Virus record (IMG/VR): IMGVR_UViG_3300044645_001661
Source of the DNA: a virus
Lineage: Duplodnaviria; Caudoviricetes
Strand: one strand, 5' to 3'
DNA: 64,000 nucleotides
Shown here piece after piece: positions 22,544-34,202 of this stretch. The position numbers and the translations under genes were made by a program. Under the pieces are notes generated by a model. The model was not told the origin of the DNA, made no database searches, and saw only the letters and a list, made by a program, of their open reading frames with translations. How positions within the stretch are numbered: the first letter of the stretch is position 1; every line of letters begins with the position of its first letter.

Positions 22544-25500
22544 ATGTTAAATTCCCGCGTAAAAATTAGAAATCTCGTAGAAGGTCAAATCCCAGAATTT
22601 CTAAGAGAGTCATATCCAGAATTTCAACAATTATTATCAGAATACTACAAATCTTCAGAGTCTCAAGGAGCACCTTTAGACTTACTCAATAATATTGATC
22701 AATATGTAAAATTAGATAATCTTGCAGAAATCACTTATTATTCTGAATTATCTGATGCTATTGGTGAAGACGACGATATAATAACAGTAGAAAGTACCGA
22801 TGGATTCCCATCCAACTATGGTCTTATACAAATAGATAATGAAGTTATTTTATATGAATCCAAGACAAATACAACTTTTGTAAATTGTTCTAGAGGATTT
22901 AGTGGAATTACTTCTTACAGAGATGTTGATAAAGATAGTTTAATTTTTTCCATCACTAACTCGGATTCACACTCTTCTGGATCTGTAGTATACAATTTAT
23001 CAAATTTCTTCCTGAGAGAACTATTCAAGAAATTTAAATCTCAATATACGCCAGGATTTGATAATATTGATTTTTATCCAGGTATAAATGAGAAGTTATT
23101 TATTTCAAGAATAAAAGATTTTTATTCTTCTAAAGGTGCCATAACATCATTTGAGATTTTATTTAAATCTTTATATGGAGAATTGGTTAAGGTTATTAAA
23201 CCAAAAGATTTTATTGTTCAACCATCTGACGCAGATTACAGAATTACAAGAGATCTTGTCGTAGAACAGTATGTTGGAAATCCAGAAAATTTATTGAACC
23301 TTACACTTTTCCAAGATCAAACTGATTTTATTACTAAGGCATCTGGAACAATAACAAAAATAGAAAAAATATATAGAAATTCAAAGGAATACTATCAACT
23401 TAGTTTAGACTATAACCCAGATACTGAGGAATTTGAATTTACAATCCACCCCAAAACTATAATTGTATCTGATGTAACTGAAAATCAAACATATATTGAT
23501 GTCGATTCAACATTAGGGTTTCCACCATCAGGAACACTATCAATAATAGTAGATGGATTAGAATATCTTGTAGATTATTCTGAAAAATCATCAACTCAAT
23601 TTTTAAATTGTAGTGGTCTTCCGTTTGTTCCTAGAGGAACTAAATTGGAAACATTAGATTATGCATATGCTAAAGATAGATTTGGTAATGAAGTTAGAGT
23701 TAAAATTACTGGAGTTATTTCATCTTTAGATTACGACTCAGAAAAAACTTATTATTACAGAGAAGATGACGAAATTCAATTAGTTTCTTTGGGTAAGTTG
23801 GGGAATACTCCTAAACATAATGAATGGGTATTTAATATTACTCCAACCTATGATGTTGTTAGTATCACACAATTAACAAATAAAATAAACGGTGCTGCTA
23901 GATTTAGATTAGTAACAAAAGATGAAAATATTTTTACTGTTGGTGATCCAGCAATTATCAAATCTAATACTGGTGTAGTTTTAGATGCTTTTGTAATTTC
24001 TGTTAGTGATAAAAATACAATTGATATCAATTTAACTGTAGATGTAGATAAGACTTTAAAATATACAATTACTAAAGATATATCAAAAGTAAACTGCATA
24101 AACTATTCTGAATTAAATACCGTATCATCAGATATTCAAAATGTCTATATTGATAAAGATGATGTTTATGTGACATCTCCTTCTTTACCAAATTATTATA
24201 ATGTTCCCCTAACATTAAAGGATTATTCTATAACATTTGGTGGTGAATTAAATGGTGAAGATTTAGTTTTAGGTGATCATCCTTTTTATACTGGTGATTC
24301 AATTTTCTATAAATCACAAGGACCTTTAAATAGACTCAACATTGAAGATGGTATTTACTATGTAAAAAAAATAAATGAAAATACTATTAAATTAGCATCT
24401 AGCAAATCAAACTTATACAACAATATCTTTATTTCACTATTTGGTACTATTAGTGATAATAAAATACAATTATCTAGATTTTATAATTTAAGACCAAAAT
24501 CTCAAAAATTGGTCAGAAAAATATCACCCACAGTAGATGAAGGAATCACCTATGAAACTGAATCTGGACAAATTGGTATTTTAAAGAATGGGGTTGAAAT
24601 TTTAAATTATAAATCTAATGATTTTGTTTATTATGGTGAAATAGAAGACTTAAAAGTGACCTCTTCTGGGGATTCAAATTATGATATAATTAATCCACCT
24701 ATTTTACACATAGAAGATTCTATTGGTTTTGGTGCAACTGGTGTATGTAATATTGTAGGATCTTTAAAAAAAATTAATATAATTGATGGTGGATATGGAT
24801 ACACAACTGAACCAAAGGTAACTATAATTGGTGGAAATGGATCAGGTGCTTCTGCTAAGGCAAATTTAATCTCGATTACAAATTCAGTAAAGTTTAATGC
24901 TGGAGACCAATATGATCAAGTAAATCTATCAAATAACACAATAGGATTTACAACAGATCATAGATTTTTTAATTCAGAAAGAATAGTATATAAATCTGGA
25001 ATTCAAACATCAATAGGTGGATTGATAAATGATTCAATTTATTATGTTGGAGTAATTGATAGATTTACAATTAAATTGTACTCAAATTTACGTGACTCTA
25101 TTAGTGGTGTAAACACAATATCTTTCGCCACATATGGTGATGGATTACATACAATAGACTCATTTGAAAAAAAGAAAAAGATATCTTCTATAGACATTTT
25201 ATCTCCTGGAAAGGATTATCAAAATAAAACTTTATTTTTTAGCCCATCTGATGTAAATATTTACTCCGATATTATTACAATAAAAAATCATAGTTATAAA
25301 GACAAAGAAATAGTAAATTATACTTCTACAAATAATTTAATTTCTGGACTTTCTTCTACTGCAGATTATTATGTAAAAGTTATTGATATTGATCATATTA
25401 AATTATCTTTAGTTGGTATTGGAACTTCTATTTCTGAGGACTTTTATTTTAGTAAAAATAGATTTGCAACTTTAGCAACGAAGGGATCTGGAACTCATAG

Positions 25501-28500
25501 ATTAGTATACAAACCCATATCTATCAGTATAGAATCTCCAGTAGGTGTATCTACATTCCCTGGACAAGATTTTAATGCAAAAGTACAACCAATATTCAGA
25601 GGAAGTATTGCTTCAATATCATTGAGTAATAGAGGAAGTAACTATGGTGATCAAGAAATTATAAACTACAATAGGCAACCATCAATTACACTATTAAACG
25701 GTGATTCTGCTTTAATTACACCCATTGTTTCAAACTCTGGGCAAATTATTGATGCAATTATTAATAATCGTGGTTTTTATTATAATAGTCCACCAGAATT
25801 AGTTGTAGATGGTGACGGTGTTGGTTGTATTTTAACACCAGTTATAAAAGATGGTAAAATAATTGAAGTAAAAATAATTAATACTGGTTTTGGTTATAAT
25901 AAAAATAATACTTTCATCAGAGTTTTATCTGCTGGATCTGGGGCAAAATTTGAAACCCAGATAAAAAACTGGAGAATAAACTTAGTAGAAAGACTAATAG
26001 ACACAAATCAAATAAGATTTGATGATGGACTTCTTTCTCTTGGAAAAAATGAGAGATATGGATTGCAATATTGCCATTCATATGTTCCTAGAGAGTTAAG
26101 AAGAAAGAGTTTATCAACATCTTTAGGTGAAGACGGAACAGTAATTTATAGAAATGACTTGCTAAATGATGATCTAACATTAAAATATCATTCCCCAATT
26201 ATAGGATGGGCATATGATGGTAATCCAATTTATGGTCCCTATGGTTATAGTGATAGAGAAGGTGGTATAGTAAAGAGGATGGTATCTGGATATGTACTTA
26301 GACCAAAGCCAGACAGACCAGCATCTTATCCAGTTGGTTTATTTGTTGAAGACTATGAATTTTCTGGAGAAGGAGATCTAGACATCTATAATGGAAGATA
26401 TTGTAAGACCCCAGAGTTTCCTAACGGTGTATATGCATATTTTTCAACTATAAATGCACAAAAAGATTCTTCTGGTATTTTTAATGGATTTTTAAAACCA
26501 GTATTTCCATATTTTATTGGAAATTATTACAAATCAACTCCAGTAAGATTTAATTTTGATCAATTATCAAATCAAGATATTATTGATATAAATCAAACAA
26601 AATGGTTAAGAAATACAACTCCATATTCAATACTTTTAAATAATAGTTACTATGATGGTGTAATTCAACCAGATAAATTTGTACAAAGTTATCCTATAGT
26701 TTCTTCTGCGGTTCCTGGATTTGTTAATGAATTAAAGGTTGTTAATTTTGGTGATAATTATTCCATTAATGATAATATTTTCTTCAACAATCAGGGAACC
26801 AGTGGTTCTGGTGCATATGCATCCATCAAAGAAATTTCTGGAAGATCTGTTCGTAATATAGTATACACATCTTCTAAAGTTGATAACGTTGAACTTATTC
26901 CATACAATAATAGTGGAACTTTTATTGGATTTGCAACAGCACCACACAATTTAACGGCATCGGATTTAATCAAAATACAGAATCTTTCAAATTTAAATAG
27001 TCAATTTGATGGAGTTTATAAGGTTGGTATATCCACAAATCAATTAACATTAACTGAAAATATTGCAGATTCCTCAATAACTGGAATAGTTACTTATATC
27101 AATGTTATTGGATCATTAACTATTCCTGATCTCAATATAAATGACATATTGGGAATTGGCACTGAGCAGGTTAAAGTATTATCAGTTGATACTAATAGTT
27201 CTAGAATAAAAATTAGAAGAGCATATAATTCAACAATTGGGGTAGCACATTCTCAAGGAATAGTTGTTAAAGAATTCCCAAGAAAGTTTTTTGTTAATGT
27301 TGGTCTCACTAATATAACAAATTACAAATTAAATAAAGAAATTTATTTTTATCCAGCAGAATCTATTTCAATTCCAAGTGAAAACATTTTAACATATTCA
27401 AATCCAGTAGATTTTTCTGCTTGGTCAACATATGTAGTAGGATCTGGAACTACAATCACAGTAAATTATTATGATCAACAAGCACCAAATAATACTTTTT
27501 CTGCAGCAAAAGTTCAAGTTGGTATTGTAACTGCAACAGAAATATCTGGTATATTAAATGGACCTGTAACTTTAGCTACAAATAATTATACAATATCAGC
27601 ATTTTTAAAGGGACAATTTGGTGGAGAAATAGTTTATTTGATTGTTGAAGATGGATCTAATTTTATCGCACAACAAATAGTATTAAGTAGTTCATGGAAA
27701 AGATATTCAGTATCTGGTTCAGCAAATGCAGGACCACATAATTTCTTTGTTGGTGGTTGGGGACCAGAAGGGTATACAATACCAGAGTCTACATTTTATG
27801 TTTGGGGGGCACAGATAGAATCGGGAACAGTATTAACTCCTCATATCAAAACTGAATCGTCTATTGTATTAAGATCCGCGAATGAAGTTGGAACAACTTA
27901 TTTTTCAAATCCAGGATTTGGTATTAAAGAAGTAATCATTCCACAAAATTCAATTTACTTACCTGGGCATAATTTGAATACTGGTGATACTTTAACTTAT
28001 AAAAATAACGGAAATAGTTCCATCCAGGTTTCATTTGCTACTACAACATTCCCGCTTCCAAATAATAGTGAAGTGTATGCAGTAAGATATTCGGATACCT
28101 TTATTGGAATATCCACTATAAAAGTTGGTCTAGGTACTACTGGATCTTATGTTGGAATTGGAACTACTGCACTAGGAAATATTTTAACATTTTCTGGATA
28201 TGGTACTGGTTTAGATCACAGTTTTGTTACAAATTACCAAGATACTATTTCTGGAGATATTTACAAAAAAGATGCCGTAGTAACTACAGATAGGGAACAT
28301 GGATTAAGGGTATCTGATATAGTTGACATTAATATAATTTCAGGAATTCAAACTACTGTTTATATCAGTTATGATGATTTAAACAGAAGAATGTTGGTAA
28401 ATCCAAGATCATTTACAGCATTAAATGTTGACTCTGTAGAAAACTTAATAACTATAGCAAATCATGGATTTGAATTGGGATCTAAAGTAATTCACAATTC

Positions 28501-31500
28501 ACAGACTCCATCTGGTGGATTAAATAACGCTCAAATATATTATGTGATTCCCATTAGCGAAAATTCTTTAAAATTATCAAATAATTATTATTCAACAATA
28601 TCATCTTCATCTGAAGTTGAATTTGTAAATATCACTTCGGCATCATTTGGAACATTAACTCCGATTAATCCAGAAATAAAAGCAATAGCAAATTCGACTG
28701 TTATATTTGATCTATCTGATCAATCATTATCAATTAATGGTGTGTCTTCTTTTGATTTCAATCTTTACACTGACAGTCAATTTAAAAATAAGTTTTTCAG
28801 TACTTTAAGCAATTTAGGGCAATTTAATGTCTCCAAATCAGGAACTATTGGAATTGAAGGGGGAAGAGTAACATTAATTATAGATGAAAATACTCCAAAA
28901 AATTTATATTATAACTTAACCCCAATTAACTATGACGGAGCATCTGCAGCAAAATTAGAATATCTTGCAGATAATTTTAATATAAAAAATAATAATAAAT
29001 TTAGTATTGTAAATAGTGAATTCAGTAAGAGGACCACTATTACTGGAGTAACCACTAATACATTTAGATATTCATTAATAAACACACCAGAAAAATCTGG
29101 ATATACTGTTTCTGAAGGTATTACGACATATTCTACAAATTCTTCATCTGCTATAGGTCCAGTATATACAACGAACCTCAGTTCTAAAGGAAGAGGATAT
29201 AGAAAATTACCAAGTGTTGCAAACATTAGTAGTGGATTGGGTACAAATGCTATCTTCTTACCAGCAAGTAAAACTCTAGGTAAAGTATCGGATGTTGAGA
29301 TAAGAGACATTGGATTTGATTATCCAGTTGACTATACTTTAAGACCATATGCAAAATTCCCAAATGTATTTAAAATTGAACCTTTATCGAAATTTAAAGA
29401 AATAAAAATAATTTCTCCAGGTGTAAATTATTTTGTTCCTCCTCAACTATTAGTTTTAGACGGATTTACTGGAAGAGTTAATGATGAAGTAGATTTGAGA
29501 TATGATATTGGTGATATTGAAGTAACTATTGTTAGAAATACCACAGGTTTATATAACGTAAAACCAGTAATTATCCCAATCAATAATCCAAATGGAACAA
29601 GAATAAGTAATATTACATATAATAGTACTAACAAACAAGTTACTGTTGGATTAGGTATTAGTTACACTTCAGAAGATCAATTCCCATTTATTGTTGGTGA
29701 AAAGGTTATTGTTGAAAATACTAATATTGATTTGGTAGAAGGTGGAAGAGGATTTAATTCGGCAAATTATGGATATGTATTATTTGAAATAATAGCGGCT
29801 GATGCAAATATTGGAGTTGAAGAAGATCCATATATTGTTTATAGTTTACAGAATTTACTAGGACCAAACCAAAGTCCTGGAATATATGATTCTTTTGAAT
29901 CATTTGGTGCTGTTACCCCAGAAAGATATTTCCCAAGTTTTGATATTAAATTAGAGAAAGATTCTTTTAGATCTGGAGAAATTGTTACTACAGATTCTGG
30001 TGCTATTGGCATTGTTCAAAATTATGATCAAGCAAATGAATATTTAAAAGTTAGAACAAAATATACTTTTAAAGTAAATGATTTGATTGTGGGATCTTCA
30101 TCTGGAAATAAAGGAGTTATATCATCTGTAGAAGGTGCTGAAGGAATATTTGATGTTAAATCAAATAGTATTACCAGAAAGGGATGGCAAAAAGAAACTG
30201 GTTATTTAAGCAATGGATTACAAAGAATTCATGATAATGATTACTACCAATATTTCTCTTATGCATTAAAGAGTCCAGTTAGTTATGAAGTATGGAATCC
30301 TTTAGTAAGTAATCTAAATCATACAGCAGGATTCAAAAAATTTGGTGAGTTGTCAATAGAATCATTTAATGTTGATGAAGTTGGAATAAGCACATCTCAA
30401 GACTTTGGTGCTTTGATTGCGATTTCGGATTTAGTTGAAGTCGTTGACCTAAATTGTGTTAAAGATTTTGACGTTGCTAGAGAAAAGAGTATTTTGATAG
30501 ATGAAACTTTAGTCTCAAATGAGATTATATTTAGACTACCATTCTTACAGAGATATCAAGAATTTATTGGTAATAGAGTATTAAAAATTGATGATATTAG
30601 TAGTCAATTTAATAATGACCAGCGTAGTTTTAATCTATACAGTAATAATTATCCAATATTCAAAGTAGAATTTAATGGTAGTGATCCAAATATTGTAGAT
30701 CTAGCAGATGCTAGCATTAATTTAATTAATCATTACTTTGTCTCTGGAGAAGAGATTGAATATATTCCACCAGATAATGATTTTAATAATGCAATAGAAA
30801 TAGTACCAACTGTAATAACTGGTATTGGAACTACTACTAAATTACCACCTTCAATTTATGTAATTAAAGTAGATAATCAAAGAATTAGATTTGCATCTTC
30901 TCCTGAAAATGCCCTACTATTCAACCCAGAATCTATTAATTTAACTTCTGTTGGTATTGGAAGTACTCATATATTCAAATCTAAGATTCAAAATACAAAG
31001 GCATTAATTACGATTAATGGTACTATACAAACACCAATAGTATCTACCGCAGTAACTTCTTCCTTAGCAAGTTCTGTGGGTATAGGTTCAACTATTATCA
31101 ATGTTTCTGGAATTTCATCCTTCTTTGGTGGTGATCTAATTCAAGTGAATGATGAGATTATGAAAATTTCTGCAGTGAGTTCAGCATCAACTACATTTAC
31201 GGTATTTAGATCATGGATGGGAACTGTAGAGTCTTCACATAATTCTAATGATCAGATAGTAAAATTATCTGGAACTTACAATATTATTGATAACACAATT
31301 AATTTTATTGAACCAATGTGGGGTAATCTTCCAATTGGATTTGGCACTACTGCATCATCTTCTGGTGAGGTGGACTATGCTGGATTAACAACAAGTAGTA
31401 GATTTAGTGGAAGAGTATTTATCAGATCTGCATTAAATCAAGCATTTACAACAAGCTTTGTAAGAGCATATGAAACCAATTATATTTTTGATGATTTATC

Positions 31501-34174
31501 GGACCAATTTAATGGAATTACTACACAATTCACTTTAAAGCAAAATAAATTAGATGTTGATGGATTGACTGCTGGTAATGCAATCATACTCATTGACGAT
31601 ATATTCCAAGGACCACAAAGACTTGGTAATGTTTTAACTAATATTCTCGGAGATTATAAGATTGAAGAATCTGCAGGAGTCTCAACTCTTGGTTTCACTG
31701 GAAATATTGCTGATTATGATTTAACTAGTGATATTAATGTTAATAGAGTTCCAAAAGGTGGTGTAATTGTTTCAGTTGGATCTAGTAATGGATTTGGATA
31801 CCAACCATTAGTATCTGCTGGCGGAACTGCTACAGTTTCAGTTGCTGGTACTATTCAATCAATATCCATAGGAAATTCTGGATCTGGATATAGAGTTGGA
31901 ATTCAAACATTAGTAAACATCGGAGTTCAAACTTATAGTTCTGGAATACCAAATATAACTTTTGTTGGATACGCAACAGTATTTAATGGTAATGTTATTG
32001 GTCCTGTTGTAATTACAAATCCAGGAAGTGGATTTACTTCATCAAACCCACCAGAGGTTATTTTTGATGATCCATTAAGTTATTCTAATATACCATTAAT
32101 TTATTCTTCAGATTCTCCACCAAATGGAATTGGAACTGGTGCTGTTGTCGATGTTGTAGTTGGACAGGGATCTAGTGTAATTAATTTTGAATTTAAGAAT
32201 TATGGATATGCTTATGGGCAAGGAGATATTTTAACAATCCCTGTAGGTGGTTTAACGGGAATACCATCATCTCCTGGATTACCATTTAATCAGTTTAAAG
32301 TATTGGTAGATTCTACATATAGATCTAAGTTTTCTGGATGGAATGTTGGTGATTTCCTAGTATTAGATAATATTGACCAATTCTTTAATGGAAGAAGAAG
32401 ATTATTCCCATTAAGTATTAATGGTGAAAGAATATCATTCTTCGCAAGACAAAACTCTGGCATCGATCTACAGTCTAATCTTTTAGTATTTGTAAATGAT
32501 ATTTTACAAACTCCTGGAGAAGGATATACCTTCACTGGGGGTAGCGTTTTAAGATTTAGTGAAGCACCTAGAGGGGGAGTTTCTGGAATTTCAACGAGAG
32601 GTGATAGATGTAAATTATTAATTTATACTGGAACACAAACTATTGACGTTAAACAGGTAGACGTTTTACCTACAGTTAAAATTGGTGATGAAGTTCAACT
32701 TTATAATGATACAGATGAAACTTTAAATCAAGATGAAAGATTAGTAATTGATATAAGTGCAGCAGATACAATTATTACTAACAACTATGCTGGTCAAGGT
32801 GTTGTATCTGATGAATTATATGAAAGACCAATCAGTTGGTGTAAACAAACAGTAGATAAAATAATTGACGAAAATGAAGTAGCAAAAGATAGAATTTATT
32901 ATGAACCTGCAATTATACCAACAACAAATATTTTACATAATGTTGGATTAGGATCAACTGCAATTTTTGTATCTTCACTAAGACCATTTTTTGATTATCC
33001 TCTAGAAGGTATAGCAATTGATGAGAAAACTACAATAGAGTTAGTCTCTCAAGAAGATTTGATTACTGCTACTGCAGAATCTATAATTTCTGTAGGAGGA
33101 ACTGTATCTTCAATATCAGTAACAAATCCTGGATTTGGATATACTATTGCACCAACAGTAACTATACAGTCTCCTGGATATGCTACATCAGTATCTTCGC
33201 CTGCTACTGGAATTGCATCAATTTCTCCTAGTGGAATAGTTACATCAATTCAAGTTAGTTTTGCTGGAACTGGATATGTTTATGGTCCAGTAGAAGCATT
33301 ATCAATTTCAGCACAAGGTCTAGGATTCCCAAGAATTGATGCTTTAACTAACAAGTTTATTAAAGCTAAATTAAAATCAAAAACTGGAATTGGTGTTAAT
33401 GCTACTGCTACCATCACTTTAAATCCATTTACTTATAATATTACGACACTAGAAATAACTGATGGTGGATATAATTATCAGCTTGGAGATCAATTATTTA
33501 TAGATACCTTTGATAATGTTGGATTGGCATCAACACAAAGAAAATATGCTTTGACCAATCCTATGGAATTTACGGTGTCTGCTATTAAACCTCCAGTTGT
33601 TTTAATATCACCTCCAGCTAGAAAAAATGAATCTATATTCTCAGTTACTTATTCTGGAGACTATGGAAATATAGTTGGTATTGGAACAACAAATGTTGGT
33701 ATTACTACAGGAGTACAATTTGATTTTTATATTCCACTAAATTCAGTTTTAAGAAGAGATTATTCTATATTTACTTCTGGTATTCAAACAGGACAATATT
33801 TTGTTGTTACAGATTCATCTATAGGGAATTCATCTGTATCTCTAACATCTTCAAATAATATATTGGGAATTGGTTCAACATGTTTAGATAATGTATATGA
33901 AGTTATATCAACATCTTTAGTTAATAGATACATTCCTTCTGATGGAATAACCACCAGTGTTGTTAGAGTAGTAACAAAAATTTCCAATTATAATGGTCTT
34001 ACTGGAATAGCTTCTACAGCATTCTATGGAAATTATAGTTGGGGTAGAATAGATACTCCAATTAGAACAAGACCAATTGAATTTAATACTCAAACAAATC
34101 AATTTGTTGGATTATCATCAAATCCAATAGTAAGAAGAGCATTCCCATTAAAATATCTTGGGTACATTGTTTAA
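22544..34174 (+). CDS. g7: baseplate wedge initiator gp7, very large (3876 aa), repeat-rich
   Basis: position between g6 and g8; IPEFLRESYP...IKDFYSSKG..SFEILF; IHDNDYYQYFSYALKS...NHTAGFKKF. Confidence 0.85.
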   Translation: MLNSRVKIRNLVEGQIPEFLRESYPEFQQLLSEYYKSSESQGAPLDLLNNIDQYVKLDNLAEITYYSELSDAIGEDDDIITVESTDGFPSNYGLIQIDNEVILYESKTNTTFVNCSRGFSGITSYRDVDKDSLIFSITNSDSHSSGSVVYNLSNFFLRELFKKFKSQYTPGFDNIDFYPGINEKLFISRIKDFYSSKGAITSFEILFKSLYGELVKVIKPKDFIVQPSDADYRITRDLVVEQYVGNPENLLNLTLFQDQTDFITKASGTITKIEKIYRNSKEYYQLSLDYNPDTEEFEFTIHPKTIIVSDVTENQTYIDVDSTLGFPPSGTLSIIVDGLEYLVDYSEKSSTQFLNCSGLPFVPRGTKLETLDYAYAKDRFGNEVRVKITGVISSLDYDSEKTYYYREDDEIQLVSLGKLGNTPKHNEWVFNITPTYDVVSITQLTNKINGAARFRLVTKDENIFTVGDPAIIKSNTGVVLDAFVISVSDKNTIDINLTVDVDKTLKYTITKDISKVNCINYSELNTVSSDIQNVYIDKDDVYVTSPSLPNYYNVPLTLKDYSITFGGELNGEDLVLGDHPFYTGDSIFYKSQGPLNRLNIEDGIYYVKKINENTIKLASSKSNLYNNIFISLFGTISDNKIQLSRFYNLRPKSQKLVRKISPTVDEGITYETESGQIGILKNGVEILNYKSNDFVYYGEIEDLKVTSSGDSNYDIINPPILHIEDSIGFGATGVCNIVGSLKKINIIDGGYGYTTEPKVTIIGGNGSGASAKANLISITNSVKFNAGDQYDQVNLSNNTIGFTTDHRFFNSERIVYKSGIQTSIGGLINDSIYYVGVIDRFTIKLYSNLRDSISGVNTISFATYGDGLHTIDSFEKKKKISSIDILSPGKDYQNKTLFFSPSDVNIYSDIITIKNHSYKDKEIVNYTSTNNLISGLSSTADYYVKVIDIDHIKLSLVGIGTSISEDFYFSKNRFATLATKGSGTHRLVYKPISISIESPVGVSTFPGQDFNAKVQPIFRGSIASISLSNRGSNYGDQEIINYNRQPSITLLNGDSALITPIVSNSGQIIDAIINNRGFYYNSPPELVVDGDGVGCILTPVIKDGKIIEVKIINTGFGYNKNNTFIRVLSAGSGAKFETQIKNWRINLVERLIDTNQIRFDDGLLSLGKNERYGLQYCHSYVPRELRRKSLSTSLGEDGTVIYRNDLLNDDLTLKYHSPIIGWAYDGNPIYGPYGYSDREGGIVKRMVSGYVLRPKPDRPASYPVGLFVEDYEFSGEGDLDIYNGRYCKTPEFPNGVYAYFSTINAQKDSSGIFNGFLKPVFPYFIGNYYKSTPVRFNFDQLSNQDIIDINQTKWLRNTTPYSILLNNSYYDGVIQPDKFVQSYPIVSSAVPGFVNELKVVNFGDNYSINDNIFFNNQGTSGSGAYASIKEISGRSVRNIVYTSSKVDNVELIPYNNSGTFIGFATAPHNLTASDLIKIQNLSNLNSQFDGVYKVGISTNQLTLTENIADSSITGIVTYINVIGSLTIPDLNINDILGIGTEQVKVLSVDTNSSRIKIRRAYNSTIGVAHSQGIVVKEFPRKFFVNVGLTNITNYKLNKEIYFYPAESISIPSENILTYSNPVDFSAWSTYVVGSGTTITVNYYDQQAPNNTFSAAKVQVGIVTATEISGILNGPVTLATNNYTISAFLKGQFGGEIVYLIVEDGSNFIAQQIVLSSSWKRYSVSGSANAGPHNFFVGGWGPEGYTIPESTFYVWGAQIESGTVLTPHIKTESSIVLRSANEVGTTYFSNPGFGIKEVIIPQNSIYLPGHNLNTGDTLTYKNNGNSSIQVSFATTTFPLPNNSEVYAVRYSDTFIGISTIKVGLGTTGSYVGIGTTALGNILTFSGYGTGLDHSFVTNYQDTISGDIYKKDAVVTTDREHGLRVSDIVDINIISGIQTTVYISYDDLNRRMLVNPRSFTALNVDSVENLITIANHGFELGSKVIHNSQTPSGGLNNAQIYYVIPISENSLKLSNNYYSTISSSSEVEFVNITSASFGTLTPINPEIKAIANSTVIFDLSDQSLSINGVSSFDFNLYTDSQFKNKFFSTLSNLGQFNVSKSGTIGIEGGRVTLIIDENTPKNLYYNLTPINYDGASAAKLEYLADNFNIKNNNKFSIVNSEFSKRTTITGVTTNTFRYSLINTPEKSGYTVSEGITTYSTNSSSAIGPVYTTNLSSKGRGYRKLPSVANISSGLGTNAIFLPASKTLGKVSDVEIRDIGFDYPVDYTLRPYAKFPNVFKIEPLSKFKEIKIISPGVNYFVPPQLLVLDGFTGRVNDEVDLRYDIGDIEVTIVRNTTGLYNVKPVIIPINNPNGTRISNITYNSTNKQVTVGLGISYTSEDQFPFIVGEKVIVENTNIDLVEGGRGFNSANYGYVLFEIIAADANIGVEEDPYIVYSLQNLLGPNQSPGIYDSFESFGAVTPERYFPSFDIKLEKDSFRSGEIVTTDSGAIGIVQNYDQANEYLKVRTKYTFKVNDLIVGSSSGNKGVISSVEGAEGIFDVKSNSITRKGWQKETGYLSNGLQRIHDNDYYQYFSYALKSPVSYEVWNPLVSNLNHTAGFKKFGELSIESFNVDEVGISTSQDFGALIAISDLVEVVDLNCVKDFDVAREKSILIDETLVSNEIIFRLPFLQRYQEFIGNRVLKIDDISSQFNNDQRSFNLYSNNYPIFKVEFNGSDPNIVDLADASINLINHYFVSGEEIEYIPPDNDFNNAIEIVPTVITGIGTTTKLPPSIYVIKVDNQRIRFASSPENALLFNPESINLTSVGIGSTHIFKSKIQNTKALITINGTIQTPIVSTAVTSSLASSVGIGSTIINVSGISSFFGGDLIQVNDEIMKISAVSSASTTFTVFRSWMGTVESSHNSNDQIVKLSGTYNIIDNTINFIEPMWGNLPIGFGTTASSSGEVDYAGLTTSSRFSGRVFIRSALNQAFTTSFVRAYETNYIFDDLSDQFNGITTQFTLKQNKLDVDGLTAGNAIILIDDIFQGPQRLGNVLTNILGDYKIEESAGVSTLGFTGNIADYDLTSDINVNRVPKGGVIVSVGSSNGFGYQPLVSAGGTATVSVAGTIQSISIGNSGSGYRVGIQTLVNIGVQTYSSGIPNITFVGYATVFNGNVIGPVVITNPGSGFTSSNPPEVIFDDPLSYSNIPLIYSSDSPPNGIGTGAVVDVVVGQGSSVINFEFKNYGYAYGQGDILTIPVGGLTGIPSSPGLPFNQFKVLVDSTYRSKFSGWNVGDFLVLDNIDQFFNGRRRLFPLSINGERISFFARQNSGIDLQSNLLVFVNDILQTPGEGYTFTGGSVLRFSEAPRGGVSGISTRGDRCKLLIYTGTQTIDVKQVDVLPTVKIGDEVQLYNDTDETLNQDERLVIDISAADTIITNNYAGQGVVSDELYERPISWCKQTVDKIIDENEVAKDRIYYEPAIIPTTNILHNVGLGSTAIFVSSLRPFFDYPLEGIAIDEKTTIELVSQEDLITATAESIISVGGTVSSISVTNPGFGYTIAPTVTIQSPGYATSVSSPATGIASISPSGIVTSIQVSFAGTGYVYGPVEALSISAQGLGFPRIDALTNKFIKAKLKSKTGIGVNATATITLNPFTYNITTLEITDGGYNYQLGDQLFIDTFDNVGLASTQRKYALTNPMEFTVSAIKPPVVLISPPARKNESIFSVTYSGDYGNIVGIGTTNVGITTGVQFDFYIPLNSVLRRDYSIFTSGIQTGQYFVVTDSSIGNSSVSLTSSNNILGIGSTCLDNVYEVISTSLVNRYIPSDGITTSVVRVVTKISNYNGLTGIASTAFYGNYSWGRIDTPIRTRPIEFNTQTNQFVGLSSNPIVRRAFPLKYLGYIV

Positions 34175-34202
34175 TAAATAGAACAAAATAAGCTAATAGG
34201 CA

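Noticed and set aside
22544-34174. 3876-aa ORF as a fusion, intein host or assembly artefact
   Set aside because: continuous gp7-like N- and C-terminal blocks, repeat-based expansion, and no intein or homing-endonuclease motifs seen
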